From: Desulfobacterales bacterium | GTDB lineage: Bacteria > Desulfobacterota > Desulfobacteria > Desulfobacterales > UBA2174 | Length of the DNA stretch: 64,000 nt | Assembly: GCA_963668645.2 (NCBI GenBank) | Contig: CAXXWC010000003.1 | Coordinates: 320,001 to 384,000 of the forward strand | Reading direction: 5' to 3' | In this document: piece by piece, positions 48,539 through 61,240 of the stretch | How positions within the stretch are numbered: the stretch's first letter is position 1 | How the letters are laid out: every line of letters starts with the position of its first letter | The notes under the pieces: generated by a model | Seen by the model: the letters and a program-made list of their open reading frames with translations, nothing else | Database searches by the model: none | What the model was told of the DNA's origin: nothing | Made by a program: the position numbers and the translations under genes

Positions 48539-49353
48539 CAGCCCCCTGGCCGGCCGAATACGCCTTTACGCTGGTGAGTCTCAACCTGCGCTTCGGGTTG
48601 GCCGATGACGGGGAGAACCGCTGGGATCTTCGGCGACGGTCATGGCCGGCCCTTCTCGAACGGTGTCCGGCCGATTTCTTCGTTTTGCAGGAGGTCAACG
48701 ATTTTCAAGCCGAAGATCTCGCATCGCTTCTGGGGGCTTACAACTATGTCGGGCGCCGGCACCCGGCGCCCGGATTCTGGCAGCACAACCTGATCTGGCA
48801 CCGCCGGGAATGGTCCTGCGAGGCAAGCCGGCACTTCTACCTGAGCCCCACCCCGGATCTGCCCAGCCGTTTCCGCGCCAGCCGCTGGCCCCGCCAGTGC
48901 ACCCTGGCCGTCTTCTCCCGGGCGGGGCGCCGATTGGCCGTTGCCGGCACGCACCTCGACTTCGATCCGCAAATCCAAGCCGCCAGCACCCGGTTGATCC
49001 GCCGGCGGCTGGATACCCTGGCCCCGGCCACGGCCACGGTCATCGCCGGCGATTTCAACGCCCCGCCCGAGAGCCCGGCCCACCGCGCCCTGACCGCGGA
49101 CCCGGCCCCCGGCCGGCCGGCAGGGTCCGGCTTCAAAGACGTCTTTCGCCCCCCCTACCCCGGCACCCACCACGGATTTACCGGCAGCCGCGACGGCGAC
49201 TACATCGACTGGATTCTTTACCGCGGCGGGCTCACGGTAAAAAAAAGCGGCGTGATCCAAACGCCGCTGCAAGGCCGCTACATCTCCGACCATTTTCCAG
49301 TCTGGGCGGCCTTTGACTGGCAGCCGGCAACGGCGCAAGACGCAACACAATAG
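48535..49353 (+). CDS. Endonuclease/exonuclease/phosphatase family protein
   Basis: SLNLR, LQEV, THLD, GDFN, IDWI, SDHFPV. Confidence 0.92.
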   Translation: MTAPWPAEYAFTLVSLNLRFGLADDGENRWDLRRRSWPALLERCPADFFVLQEVNDFQAEDLASLLGAYNYVGRRHPAPGFWQHNLIWHRREWSCEASRHFYLSPTPDLPSRFRASRWPRQCTLAVFSRAGRRLAVAGTHLDFDPQIQAASTRLIRRRLDTLAPATATVIAGDFNAPPESPAHRALTADPAPGRPAGSGFKDVFRPPYPGTHHGFTGSRDGDYIDWILYRGGLTVKKSGVIQTPLQGRYISDHFPVWAAFDWQPATAQDATQ

Positions 49354-49383
49354 AGATTTATAACGGACCCGGACGGGTAAGAT

Positions 49384-50439
49384 TCAAAAAAGACGCGGCT
49401 GGCCCCTGGACTGGACCTTGATACCGAGGTGGCGCCAGGCGCTTTCCGAGGCCTTGCGGCCCGAGGATGTGCGGGTGACCATGCCGATGGCCAGAAGGTA
49501 AGGTTCGACCACGTCCACCAGCGTATCGGCATCTTCCTGCAGCGTGGCGGCGATGGCTTCGATGCCCACCGGCCCACCGCTGTAGTATTCGATAATGGTC
49601 CGTAAATAACGCCGATCCAAACGGGTCAGCCCCAGGGTGTCAACCCCCTCCAGGGCCAGGGCGGCTTCCACCGTCTCCCCGTCGATCCGGCCGTCCCCGC
49701 GCACCTGGGCATAATCGCGCACCCGCTTCAAGAGGCGGTTGACGATCCGCGGTGTGCCGCGGCTGCGATGGGCCAGGGCCCGGGCCGCCGGATGGTCAAT
49801 TTCGACCTGCAGCAGGGAAGCCGAACGCAGCGTGATCCGGACCAGATCTTCAAGGGTGTAAAAATCAAGATTGCGCATCAACCCGAAGCGATCCCGCAGG
49901 GGCGCCGAAAGCATCCCCACCCGGGTGGTGGCCCCCACCAGCGTGAACCGGTTGAGACGGAAGCGGTGGCTGCGGGCGTGGATCCCCTTGTCGAATACAA
50001 AATCCACCGCGAAGTCCTCCATCGCCGGATAGAGAAACTCCTCCACCGATTTGGGGGTCCGGTGGATTTCGTCCACGAACAGGACATCGCCTTCTTCCAG
50101 GTGGGTCAAAAGTCCGAGCAGATCGCCGCCTTTTTCAAGGGCCGGGCCGGAAGTGACCGTCAGGTTGCAGCCCATCTCGTTGGCGATGATGTGGGCCAGA
50201 GTGGTCTTGCCCAAACCGGGCGGTCCGTGGAAAAGAAGGTGTTCGAGCGGTTCGGCTCTTTTTTGAGCCGCTTGCAGCGCGATGCTCAGCGTTTCCACCA
50301 GTTGTTTCTGGCCGATGTATTCGTCCAGCCGCGAAGGACGCAGGCTCAGGATCTCCGGCTCCTGATCGTCAGGCTGGGCCGTACCGGCAGCAATAGACGG
50401 CACCTGGTCGAAGCGCTGGGTAAGGATCTGATCGCTCAT
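49384..50439 (-). CDS. ruvB: Holliday junction helicase RuvB
   Basis: [36 protein letters not shown]. Confidence 0.97.
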   Translation of the reverse strand: MSDQILTQRFDQVPSIAAGTAQPDDQEPEILSLRPSRLDEYIGQKQLVETLSIALQAAQKRAEPLEHLLFHGPPGLGKTTLAHIIANEMGCNLTVTSGPALEKGGDLLGLLTHLEEGDVLFVDEIHRTPKSVEEFLYPAMEDFAVDFVFDKGIHARSHRFRLNRFTLVGATTRVGMLSAPLRDRFGLMRNLDFYTLEDLVRITLRSASLLQVEIDHPAARALAHRSRGTPRIVNRLLKRVRDYAQVRGDGRIDGETVEAALALEGVDTLGLTRLDRRYLRTIIEYYSGGPVGIEAIAATLQEDADTLVDVVEPYLLAIGMVTRTSSGRKASESAWRHLGIKVQSRGQPRLF

Positions 50440-51050
50440 CGCTGCTTCTCGCCGCGGTAGACTTCGTCAAAAAGGGCTTCCGGGGTATCGATGGCCGGGT
50501 TGCGCTGGAAGGCTTCTTCGACCATACGCCGCGCCTCTGCCGGCTTGTAGCCGAGCTGGGCGACCAGAACGTCCAGAACCGGGGTGGCCATATCGCCGCT
50601 CTCGGGTTCCGGCCGGTCCTGGCCGCGGATAATGGCGAACTTGCCCATCTTGCCTTCCAGGGTGGCCACAATCTTCTGAGCCGTGCGACCGCCGATCCCC
50701 TTGAGCTGCCGGAGGGTGGCCACGTCCCGGTCCTCGATGGCCCGGGCGATCTGGCGCACCGGCAGGGTCATGGCACGCACCGCCTTGGTCGGCCCGATGT
50801 CCTCGACCGAGATGAACATTTGAAAAAATTCTTTTTCGGCTTCAAGATGGAAACCGATCAAAAGGGGTTTGGGCTGCCTTTCGGTCTGCTGGTGATAGAT
50901 GTAAAGCGCGACCTCATCGCCCAGGGACTTGTCCGCCAGACTTTCCATCAGCCCGGCCGGCACCAGCACCTCGTAGCCCACCGAGCCGGCCAAAAGCAGG
51001 ATGCGATCTTCGTATTTTTGCAGCAGTTTTCCTTCGAGATAGCCGATCAT
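50436..51050 (-). CDS. ruvA: Holliday junction branch migration protein RuvA
   Basis: [32 protein letters not shown]. Confidence 0.93.
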   Translation of the reverse strand: MIGYLEGKLLQKYEDRILLLAGSVGYEVLVPAGLMESLADKSLGDEVALYIYHQQTERQPKPLLIGFHLEAEKEFFQMFISVEDIGPTKAVRAMTLPVRQIARAIEDRDVATLRQLKGIGGRTAQKIVATLEGKMGKFAIIRGQDRPEPESGDMATPVLDVLVAQLGYKPAEARRMVEEAFQRNPAIDTPEALFDEVYRGEKQR

Positions 51051-51090
51051 GGGTCCCCAGCGGTGTGCCGTTCGATGAGGCGCTTACAAC

Positions 51091-51603
51091 TCAATTCGGA
51101 TTTCGTCGCCCAAACCGGTAAAGCCCCACCAGTGCAAGCCCCAAGGCGTCGGAGGCATGGTCGGGTCGAATAACCTGATCGGCGCCCAAAGCTTTGCGCA
51201 CCGCTGCCTCCAACTGCGCCTTGCCGGCGTTGCCGTTTCCGGTCAGAACCCGCTTGGCCTCGCGCACCGCCACCTGGCACAGCGCCAATCCTTTCTGTTG
51301 CCCGGCAAGCTGGATCACACCGGTCACTTTACCCAGGGTCAATCCCGACTTGGGGTAGCGCTCCAGCGAGAAAACCTCCTCGACCACCATCAGGTCGGGG
51401 GCCTCCTCGGCCAACAGGCTGCATAACTTTTGAGAGATGATTTCCAGCCGCAGGGCCAGGGGTTGGTGTGCCGCTGTGCGAATGGTGCCGTAGGCGAATC
51501 CGTCCACCCGCAGTCCGCAGCCGCGCACCAGACCGATACCGGTGGCGGCAAGTCCCGGATCAACCCCCAGCACCTTGACCGGCTCACCACCTTCGCGCCT
51601 CAA
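51091..51603 (-). CDS. ruvC: Crossover junction endodeoxyribonuclease RuvC
   Basis: LGVDPG, VEEVF, TGNGNAGKAQ, DHASDAL; start uncertain. Confidence 0.93.
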   Translation of the reverse strand: MRREGGEPVKVLGVDPGLAATGIGLVRGCGLRVDGFAYGTIRTAAHQPLALRLEIISQKLCSLLAEEAPDLMVVEEVFSLERYPKSGLTLGKVTGVIQLAGQQKGLALCQVAVREAKRVLTGNGNAGKAQLEAAVRKALGADQVIRPDHASDALGLALVGLYRFGRRNPN

Positions 51604-52496
51604 TTGGTCTCCTTGACCTTTTGCCGGGCGATCTGGGCTTCATTCGATTTGGGATACTTGCGTATCAATTCCTGCAGGATCAGTCGGGCATTGGCTTTGT
51701 CGCCGAGGTTGAAGAACGCCAGCCCCTGCTTGAGCAAACTGGCTTCGATCTTGTTGCCGTCCGGGTAGTTCTCGATCACCTTCTGGTATTCGAGGATCGC
51801 CTTCTCGTACCACTGCTCACGGTAGTACGTCTCCCCCAACCAGAATTGCGCGTTTCCGGCCAGCTTCTCTTTCGGATAAAGGCTCAGCAGCCGCTGAAAG
51901 GCACTTCTGGCGCTATCCAGCGCCCCCCGGTCGAAATCACGCTTGGCCGATGCATACAGCTCGTCCACCGACGGCGGCGCAGGCGGCATCGTCCCACCGG
52001 CCGGAACCGCAGATCCGTCCGCAGCTGTCCGGTCAGAACGGGCGCCGGCATCCGAGACGCTGTGGCCGTCAACATCTGCAGGCGGTTCGGCAACTTCCAG
52101 GTTCAGGTACTTCTCAATCGCCTGCAACCGGTAAAGGCATCTGGCCACCTGGTTCTCGATGCGCGCCATGCGGCTTTGGTCGTCGGCCTCGGCAAGACGC
52201 TTGTTCAAAGCATAATGGTTTTCTTCAATCCGCCCGCGCAACTGGGCCAAATCGGTCTTGATACGCCCCAATTCAGCGTGGCTTTCAGCCAACTCGGCCC
52301 GCAGGGCCTGCTCTTGCTGCTTTCCGCTTTGCTCGAGGGTATCCAGCCGCCGCTCCATTGAAACGCGCGAGGATTCATACTCGGCCAACCGCATATCGTG
52401 GCGGGTGACCTCTTCCTGGATTGAACAGCCCGCCAGGAGAACCAACCCGAACGTCGCCAAAAGGCTATGGATATACCGTCGTTTTTGATCGCTCAT
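51600..52496 (-). CDS. ybgF: Tol-Pal system protein YbgF/CpoB
   Basis: Lipobox LAGC, coiled coil, TPRs (NAQFWLGETYY, LLKQG); follows pal. Confidence 0.9.
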   Translation of the reverse strand: MSDQKRRYIHSLLATFGLVLLAGCSIQEEVTRHDMRLAEYESSRVSMERRLDTLEQSGKQQEQALRAELAESHAELGRIKTDLAQLRGRIEENHYALNKRLAEADDQSRMARIENQVARCLYRLQAIEKYLNLEVAEPPADVDGHSVSDAGARSDRTAADGSAVPAGGTMPPAPPSVDELYASAKRDFDRGALDSARSAFQRLLSLYPKEKLAGNAQFWLGETYYREQWYEKAILEYQKVIENYPDGNKIEASLLKQGLAFFNLGDKANARLILQELIRKYPKSNEAQIARQKVKETN

Positions 52497-52595
52497 GGCT
52501 CTAAAAGAAAGCCCGCCGGTAACGGCGGGCGCGTAAATGCATTCACTCAACGGCGCCCACCCGTTTCGGTGAGCGCCGATCCGATATCAAACCAT

Positions 52596-53177
52596 CTACT
52601 GAATCACGAACTGCGCCCGCCGATTTTGAGCCCAGGCTTCTTCATCGTGACCCAGTGCCAGGGGCCGCTCTTCCCCGTAGGTGATGATCGACAGCCGTGA
52701 GGCAGCCACGCCCATGTTCACCAGGAAGTCTCTGGCGCTCTGAGCACGCCGTTCGCCCAGCGCCAGGTTGTACTCGTTTGTGCCGCGTTCATCGCAATGA
52801 CCTTCGATCATTACCATCGTCTTGGGGTTGTAGCTCAGCCATGACGCCTTTTTCTTGAGCACGGCCACCGCTTCCGGCGTCAGGTCGGAGCGGTCAAATT
52901 CAAAATGCACATTCTCGTTGAGAAACGCGTCACGGGCTTTGGCCAGTTCCTTTTGGCGGGCTTCTTCAGCCAGCCGCTGGGCCTCTGCCTCAGCCGCCAG
53001 ACGGGCCTCCTCGGCCGCCTTGCGCGCACGCTCGGCTTCCAATGCCGCCTGGTCCTTATCCGTGGCCTGGCTCACCTCGGCATCGGCCTGAACGGCCTTC
53101 TTGGCACACCCGACGGTGAACAGCAACCCCGGTACCACTAACAAGAGAGCCAACACCATCCACCATTTGTTCCGCAT
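52596..53177 (-). CDS. pal: Peptidoglycan-associated lipoprotein
   Basis: VGC lipobox; FEFDRS, IEGHCDERGTNEYNLALGERRA, NRR. Confidence 0.97.
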   Translation of the reverse strand: MRNKWWMVLALLLVVPGLLFTVGCAKKAVQADAEVSQATDKDQAALEAERARKAAEEARLAAEAEAQRLAEEARQKELAKARDAFLNENVHFEFDRSDLTPEAVAVLKKKASWLSYNPKTMVMIEGHCDERGTNEYNLALGERRAQSARDFLVNMGVAASRLSIITYGEERPLALGHDEEAWAQNRRAQFVIQ

Positions 53178-53218
53178 GTTCCCTCCTTTTTTCTGTCATT
53201 CGACTTATGTTCGCTTTT

Positions 53219-54586
53219 TTATTGGATTCCCCCAGGAGACCAGCTCGGCATGCTCTGCGCTCCGGGCAGAGTCAAAAGCCGGCGCTGGTCGGTACCGAAG
53301 GCGGTCATTACATAGATCCTGGAGGGGCCTTCGCGTGTGGAACTGAATGCAATCAGTGAGCCGTCCGGCGACCACGTCGCGGATTCATTGTCTCCGCTGT
53401 CGCGCGTCAACTGAACGGCTTGCCGGGTCTTGAGATCGATGACAAAAATATCGATCCGATTTTTTACCATCCCCGTATAAGCAATACGGTCGCCCTTGGG
53501 CGACCAATTCGGTTGTGTATTATAATGGCCCTCGAAAGTCAAGCGCTCCGAATTTCCGGTATCCAAATCCATGATGTACAGTTGGGGGGTCCCGGCCCGT
53601 TTGGAGACGAAAACCATCCGCTTCCCGTCGGGCGAAAAACTGGGCGACACGTCGATATCCGGTTGCCGCGTCAACCTCCTGATGATTTCGCCGGAACCGG
53701 ACAACAGGTAAATATCCTGATCCCCGCTGAACGAGAGCGTGGCACCAAGCTCGAAGCGGCCCGGCACCCACCCCCCGTTGAGGTTGAGCCCGGCCTTAGA
53801 GACCACGGCCCCCCGCTTGTCCTTGCGGTGACGAATGTATAGTTCCGCCCGGTCTTTGCGATAGGACGTGTAGCTGATCCACTGACCGTCCGGGGACCAG
53901 GTCGGGCGCAGGCTGATGCTCTGGTGATGTGTAAACGGCTGGGGGTCGTATCCGTCGAAGTCACAGACATAAACCTCCTTGTTGCCCGATCCGGTCGAAA
54001 TAAAGGCGATTTTGCTTTCAAAAGGACCGGCACTGCCCGTCAACTGCAAAAGCACCTCGGCGCAGAAACGGCGCACCAGGCGCCGCAGATCCGCCACCCG
54101 GGCGGCGTATCGCTTGCCCACGAGCATCTGCTGCTTGACGGTGTCAAAAAGCCGCAGTTCCATCTCCACCACGTCTTCATCCAGTGCCATCAGGCCCGTG
54201 ATAAGCAGGTCGCTGCCGATCTCCGTCCACGCCTTGAAGTCGACGTCCGCCTGGGCGACCCCCATCTGGCGGGGGTCGATCAGATAAGCGGCCGGATCGA
54301 CGACCATGAAATAGCCTGTGAAGTTGAGGGTGTCGCTCATCAGCCGGGCACCTTCGGCCGCCAGCCGGTCTACTTCGGGCCCCGGATTGAGGGCTTTGAA
54401 CTGCGGAATCGCAATGGGGATTTTGCGCAGAAACGGATTGGTCAGATCGATATAGCCATAATCGGCCGCAGCCGCCCGGAAAGGCGGGTAGAAGCTCCAG
54501 GCAGCGAATAAAAGGAGTCCCACAAACAGATAGAAACCGATCGACCGTTGGGGCCGGCGGATTGTTCTGGAAGCTGTCCGGTTCAT
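53219..54586 (-). CDS. tolB: Tol-Pal beta-propeller protein TolB
   Basis: PIAIP, SKIAF, repeated PxWSPDG motifs. Confidence 0.95.
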   Translation of the reverse strand: MNRTASRTIRRPQRSIGFYLFVGLLLFAAWSFYPPFRAAAADYGYIDLTNPFLRKIPIAIPQFKALNPGPEVDRLAAEGARLMSDTLNFTGYFMVVDPAAYLIDPRQMGVAQADVDFKAWTEIGSDLLITGLMALDEDVVEMELRLFDTVKQQMLVGKRYAARVADLRRLVRRFCAEVLLQLTGSAGPFESKIAFISTGSGNKEVYVCDFDGYDPQPFTHHQSISLRPTWSPDGQWISYTSYRKDRAELYIRHRKDKRGAVVSKAGLNLNGGWVPGRFELGATLSFSGDQDIYLLSGSGEIIRRLTRQPDIDVSPSFSPDGKRMVFVSKRAGTPQLYIMDLDTGNSERLTFEGHYNTQPNWSPKGDRIAYTGMVKNRIDIFVIDLKTRQAVQLTRDSGDNESATWSPDGSLIAFSSTREGPSRIYVMTAFGTDQRRLLTLPGAQSMPSWSPGGIQ

Positions 54587-54640
54587 GATCCTCTCGGTCT
54601 TGGGTGCGGGTGGATGCTCACCTCATCGCCATACTCGGCG

Positions 54641-55612
54641 TCAACGCAGCACCCCTTGAGGTGTGAAGCGCAGGCCGACCGTTACGAAGGGGCGTCCCAA
54701 TCCCTTCGGGTGGGGCGGCAACGGGTTGGACTTTAAAATGGCCCGCCGGGCGGATTCATCAAGGTAGCTGTTTCCCGAAGGCCTGTCAAACCAGATATCC
54801 TCAATCTGGCCGTTGGGCAACACCTTGAAAGCCACCTCGGCCATCAGGTCATCGCGGCCGGCGGTCAGGGTCTCGGACAAGGCCCAGTGCCGATTGACCT
54901 CATAGGCGATTTCAAGCCGATAAATATCGATGGGCTCCAGCCCCAGGCCGCCGGCCCTGCCTCCTCCGGGAACGCCCCCGGTGGATTCCTGACGCTTGAG
55001 ACGCTCAATGGCCTCATTGCCGGCAGTGGTCGACTTGAGCCGTTCGATGGCCTGCGCCACCGTCGAGGGCCGCCCTGATTCGACTTTCTTCTCGATCTTC
55101 TCGATGGCCTTTTGAACCGAGGTCTCCGGTTGGAAGGTCTCTTTCTTGAGGCTTTTTTTGACTTCCGGGGGGCGCTGCACCGGGGTCTCGGGCCTTGATG
55201 GCGCAACGGATATCACCTTTTCCGGTTCCGGTGCGGCGGGGGCCGGAGCTGGCGGCACCGGAGGTGCTTTGACGGGCGTCGGCGGCGGTACGCTCTTGGT
55301 TTTGACCGGAGCCGGGGCGGGTGGGGCCGGGGCCGGGGCTGGGGCTGGGGCTGGGGCTGGGGCTGGGGCCGGCGTCGAGGAGCCGGCGTCTGCGGGCGCC
55401 AGTTCGTTGAGTGAAACCATGGTCACGTTGATCACCGACGGCAACCGGCTGCGTTCGGGCGCCCATCGCGGCATGAAAAACACGGCCAGAATCAGCAGCA
55501 GATGCCCCAGCACCGATACTGCGCAAGGGATGGCCAGTATCCGGCTCTGGTTTTCTGCCGCTGCAAAAGCACTGGTGGACGAGAGTTGCACGCGCTCGAC
55601 TCCATCGATCAA
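54641..55612 (-). CDS. tolA: TolA/TonB-like protein
   Basis: TM with SVLGH, Pro/Ala-rich linker, C-terminal SGNSYLDESARRAI..PLP; lies between tolR and tolB. Confidence 0.85.
   Translation of the reverse strand: MIDGVERVQLSSTSAFAAAENQSRILAIPCAVSVLGHLLLILAVFFMPRWAPERSRLPSVINVTMVSLNELAPADAGSSTPAPAPAPAPAPAPAPAPPAPAPVKTKSVPPPTPVKAPPVPPAPAPAAPEPEKVISVAPSRPETPVQRPPEVKKSLKKETFQPETSVQKAIEKIEKKVESGRPSTVAQAIERLKSTTAGNEAIERLKRQESTGGVPGGGRAGGLGLEPIDIYRLEIAYEVNRHWALSETLTAGRDDLMAEVAFKVLPNGQIEDIWFDRPSGNSYLDESARRAILKSNPLPPHPKGLGRPFVTVGLRFTPQGVLR
55322..55372. repeat. 6-bp coding tandem repeat (Pro-Ala linker)
   Basis: (GGGGCY)n on the + strand encodes PAPAPAPA in TolA. Confidence 0.85.
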
Positions 55613-56037
55613 GCCGGTGGCGATCTGCGCGCTTTGTCCGGCGGCAGGGTAACCATGCCGAGCCGATCGACGCCCGCATTCTTGATTTCAGCCATCACCC
55701 GGACCACCATGCCGTAAGGGATCTCCTTGTCCGCCCGCAGGTAGACCTCACGATCGCTGCGGGTTTCGAGGATCTTGGCCAGCTTTTGGCTAAGAGAGTC
55801 GACCGGCACCTCGTAATCGCTGATGAAGACCTTTTGCTGCGCATCGATGGAAACCACCAGAGGCTCTTTTTCTGTGGTGATCTGTTCGGCGGTGACTTCC
55901 GGCAGGGCCACGTCGACCCCCTGGACCATCATGGGAGCGGTGACCATGAAAATAATCAACAGCACCAGCATCACGTCCACCAGGGGCGTCACATTGATCT
56001 CCGACATCAAGCTGTCGCGACCGTTGCCGGTGTTCAT
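55609..56037 (-). CDS. tolR: TolR
   Basis: EINVTPLVDVMLVLLIIFMVTAP, LRADK..YG. Confidence 0.95.
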   Translation of the reverse strand: MNTGNGRDSLMSEINVTPLVDVMLVLLIIFMVTAPMMVQGVDVALPEVTAEQITTEKEPLVVSIDAQQKVFISDYEVPVDSLSQKLAKILETRSDREVYLRADKEIPYGMVVRVMAEIKNAGVDRLGMVTLPPDKARRSPPA

Positions 56038-56753
56038 CGCCTTGCTCCTTCGGCGACCAGGATATCGCGCTCGACAATGTTTAGAAAATCAGAGGCAAAA
56101 TTGTTCAACTCGGTTTCGATGAGACGAATCTTCTGATTGAAATAGTTGTAGGCGATCACGGCTGGAATCGCCGCTGCCAACCCGGCGGCGGTGGCGACCA
56201 AAGCCTCGCTGATTCCCGGCGCGACCACGGCCAGACTGGCCGAGCCGCGCAATCCGATGCCGTGAAAGGAATTCATGATACCCCAAACCGTACCGAACAG
56301 GCCGATAAAAGGAGTCGTGTTGCCCGTCGTGGCAAGGAACGGCACCAATTGTCCCATGCGCGCCACCTCGCTGTTAATGGCCCGCCTGAGAGAGCGGCGC
56401 ACATTGTCCGTCCCGGGAAGCCGGCCGCCAAGAGGCGGTACATCCCCCCCCTCTACGGCCCCGGCAGAACGTTGCAGCTTTTTAAGCTCGATGTAACCGA
56501 CCCGAAACACACGCGCCACCGGACTGCCCATCAACAGCTTGGCCCGGTTGAAGGCTTCGGTCAAATCGTTGCTCTTCCAGAAAAAATCGACGAAATGGGC
56601 CGACTCCTGCACCGCACGCCTCAGGTAGCGGTACTTCATGATGATGATCGCCCAACTGGTTACCGAAAAGAAAAAAAGCAGGAACAGCACGAGCTGGACC
56701 ATCAGCCCGGCATTGAGCACCATGTGGATCAGATCGAGATCGGAAGGCAGCAT
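56034..56753 (-). CDS. tolQ: TolQ
   Basis: SWAII, FLAT..PFIGLFGTVWGIM, VAPGISEALVATA. Confidence 0.95.
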   Translation of the reverse strand: MLPSDLDLIHMVLNAGLMVQLVLFLLFFFSVTSWAIIIMKYRYLRRAVQESAHFVDFFWKSNDLTEAFNRAKLLMGSPVARVFRVGYIELKKLQRSAGAVEGGDVPPLGGRLPGTDNVRRSLRRAINSEVARMGQLVPFLATTGNTTPFIGLFGTVWGIMNSFHGIGLRGSASLAVVAPGISEALVATAAGLAAAIPAVIAYNYFNQKIRLIETELNNFASDFLNIVERDILVAEGARR

Positions 56754-57091
56754 TCAGGATCACTCCGCCAAAGGCCTTTAAGGGTCAAAACAGGTTCCAT
56801 GGGCACAAAACGTACTAAAAATACAGCGATTTTTGAAAGTGCAGCGTAATCAAATTCGCAATCGGTGTCAAGGATCTTTCTTGAGCCGGTCTTCTCCGTT
56901 GGCCACCGCCCCGCCGCCCTCCCCACACTGGAGCGCAGACGGCTACGATGTGCCGTGGACGATCCAAAATGGCTTGCAGTCTGATAATCGTTGACAGCCT
57001 GGATTCAAAACAATAAAAATTGGAGTTTAATCTTAGATTTCGTACGGCCCTCAGGTGCTAAAAGAGAGACGATTCAAAGGGAGGAAACTCG

Positions 57092-57733
57092 ATGCACTGG
57101 TTTATGGAGACAATTGGCACGGCCATCGGCAAGAAGGTGTTAATGGCGTTGAGCGGGCTTTGTTTTTGCGGCTTTCTGGCGGCCCATCTGGCCGGCAACC
57201 TGCTGCTGGTCAAGGGGGCCGACGCGTTCAACGCCTATGCCGACAAGCTCCAGTCGCTCGGGGCCCTGCTGCGTGTGGCCGAGGCCGGTCTGATCGTTCT
57301 GGCCCTGGTGCACGTGGGCACCGGGCTGTACCTGTTTTACCAGAATTGGCGGGCCCGGCCGGTGCGCTACCGGGTCAATGCCACGGCCGGGGGCCAGAGC
57401 CTCGGGTCGGCCACCATGCCCTATACCGGTCTTTTGCTGCTGGGCTTTATCGTGTTTCATCTGTTGCACTTCACCTTCGTGGACAAGAGCGCCACCACGG
57501 TGTTCGCCCTGGTGGCCGAGGCGTTTTCCCATCCGGTTTACGTGGGGCTGTACATTGCGGCGGTGGTGGTGGCGGCCGTGCACGTAAGCCACGGGTTCTG
57601 GAGCGCCTTTCAGAGCCTGGGGCTCAACCACGGCAAGTATTTCGGCCTGGTGCGGGGCCTGGGGCTGGCATTTGCCCTGATCGTGGGAGCGGGGTTCGGC
57701 TTTTTGCCGGTCTACGTGGGCATGGTGGTATAG
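57092..57733 (+). CDS. sdhC: Succinate dehydrogenase/fumarate reductase cytochrome b subunit (five-TM type)
   Basis: IGKKVLMALSG, HLAGN, four His in TM segments, HGFWSAFQSLG; SD GGAGG. Confidence 0.92.
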   Translation: MHWFMETIGTAIGKKVLMALSGLCFCGFLAAHLAGNLLLVKGADAFNAYADKLQSLGALLRVAEAGLIVLALVHVGTGLYLFYQNWRARPVRYRVNATAGGQSLGSATMPYTGLLLLGFIVFHLLHFTFVDKSATTVFALVAEAFSHPVYVGLYIAAVVVAAVHVSHGFWSAFQSLGLNHGKYFGLVRGLGLAFALIVGAGFGFLPVYVGMVV

Positions 57734-57798
57734 GTCTTATCTGTCCTATCGGTCCTATTTGCGCGCCATAGGACCCATAGGACAAATAGGACTTATAG
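57734..57798. repeat. Intergenic inverted array of 9-bp-period heptamers (REP-like hairpin)
   Basis: GTCYTAT at 57734, 57743, 57752; ATAGGAC at 57768, 57777, 57786. Confidence 0.9.
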
Positions 57799-57841
57799 CG
57801 CTTCTTTAAATTTCACGGCAACACAACAGCAGGAGACAGTC

Positions 57842-59754
<1,913 letters not shown>

Positions 59755-59758
<4 letters not shown>

Positions 59759-60522
59759 GCAGCCGCACCATCGATTTGACGCTTCTGGTCTGGCGCCAGA
59801 ACGGCGCGCGCGACAAGGGCCGCTTCGAGACCCTGCGCGCGGCCGGGATATCCACGGACATGAGCTTTCTGGAGATGCTCGACGTGGTCAACGAACGCCT
59901 GAGCCTGGACGGCAAGGAGCCCATCGCCTTTGACCACGATTGCCGCGAGGGGATCTGCGGCATGTGCGGGGCGGTGATCAACGGCCGGCCCCACGGCCCG
60001 CAGCCGGGCACCACGCTGTGCCAGCTGCACATGCGCCACTTTTCCAACGGCGACACCCTGGCCATCGAGCCGTTCCGGGCCCGGGCCTTCAAGGTGGTCA
60101 AGGACCTGGTGGTGGACCGTTCGGCCCTGGACCGGCTGATGGCGGCCGGCGGCTACATTTCGGTCAACACCGGATCGGCCCCCGAGGCCAACGCGACCCC
60201 CATCGGGGCCGAAGCGGCCGAGCGGGCCATGGACGCGGCGGCCTGCATCGGCTGCGGGGCCTGCGTGGCGGCCTGCCCCAACGCCTCGGCAATGCTCTTT
60301 GTAGGCGCCAAGGTCAGCCACCTGGCCCTGCTGCCCCAGGGCCGTCCCGAGGCGGCCCGGAGGGCCCTGGCCATGGTGCGCGCGGCCGACGACCTCGGGT
60401 TCGGCAACTGCACCAACGTGACCGAGTGCGCCGCCGAGTGCCCCAAGGAGATCTCCATCGTCAACATCGCCCGGCTCAACCGCGAGTTTCTAAAGGCCGC
60501 CTTGTTCTCCAACGAAGTCTAG
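59755..60522 (+). CDS. sdhB: Succinate dehydrogenase/fumarate reductase iron-sulfur subunit
   Basis: [37 protein letters not shown] start overlapping the sdhA stop. Confidence 0.96.
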
Positions 60523-60550
60523 ACTCGGCATTGTTTGCCCGGGTATTGTC

Positions 60551-61231
60551 ATGAACCTGACCCTTTCCGAAATCGCTGCCGGATTGAACGTGACCGAATC
60601 CACCGTAGAACGGTGGATTCGGCAGGGGCGGATCCCGGTACAGCGGACCGGCAGCGAGTACCGCTTCAACCTCTCGGTGCTCGAACGCTGGGCGGAAAGC
60701 CACAACATGACCTTCGCCCTGCCTGCCGCCCCACCAGAACTGGCCCTGCCTTTGCGCGCAAACCTCGTGGCGGCTATGGCGCGCGGCGGGATCCATCGCG
60801 AGATTGCCGGCGAGAACGTCGTGGGCGTCTTGAAAGCGGCGGTGGCGCGGCTGACCATGCTGCCCGAAAACGCCCGGGACGATCTTTACGATCAGCTGGT
60901 ACGCCGGGAGCGGCTCACCTCGACCGGTATCGGCCGCGGCGTGGCCATCCCCCATCCGCGCAGCCCCATCGAGGGCGTTTCGGACCTGCCGCTGATCGCC
61001 ACCTCTTTTTTACAAAAACCGATCGATTTCAAGGCAGTGGACGATCAGCCGGTCTTTGTCCTGTTCATCCTCATCAGCGATTCCATCGACAACCACCTGC
61101 ACCTGCTCTCAAGGCTGGCCTTTTGCCTGCGTGACAACGATTTTCTGGCCTTTTTACACCGCCAACCCGAAGCTGATGCCCTATTGGAACGCATCGCCGC
61201 CTTTGAAAAGCGACTCGACGGCCGCCACTGA
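60551..61231 (+). CDS. Excisionase-like HTH fused to PTS EIIA (Ntr/fructose-type) domain
   Basis: LTLSEIAAGLNVTESTVERWIRQGRIP..YRF; RERLTSTGIGRGVAIPHPR, HLHLLSRL. Confidence 0.9.
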   Translation: MNLTLSEIAAGLNVTESTVERWIRQGRIPVQRTGSEYRFNLSVLERWAESHNMTFALPAAPPELALPLRANLVAAMARGGIHREIAGENVVGVLKAAVARLTMLPENARDDLYDQLVRRERLTSTGIGRGVAIPHPRSPIEGVSDLPLIATSFLQKPIDFKAVDDQPVFVLFILISDSIDNHLHLLSRLAFCLRDNDFLAFLHRQPEADALLERIAAFEKRLDGRH

Positions 61232-61240
61232 AAACGACTC

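Noticed and set aside
60551..60720. Excisionase-like HTH as evidence of a prophage or integrative element
   Set aside because: Fused to PTS EIIA; no integrase, att sites or phage genes in the window.
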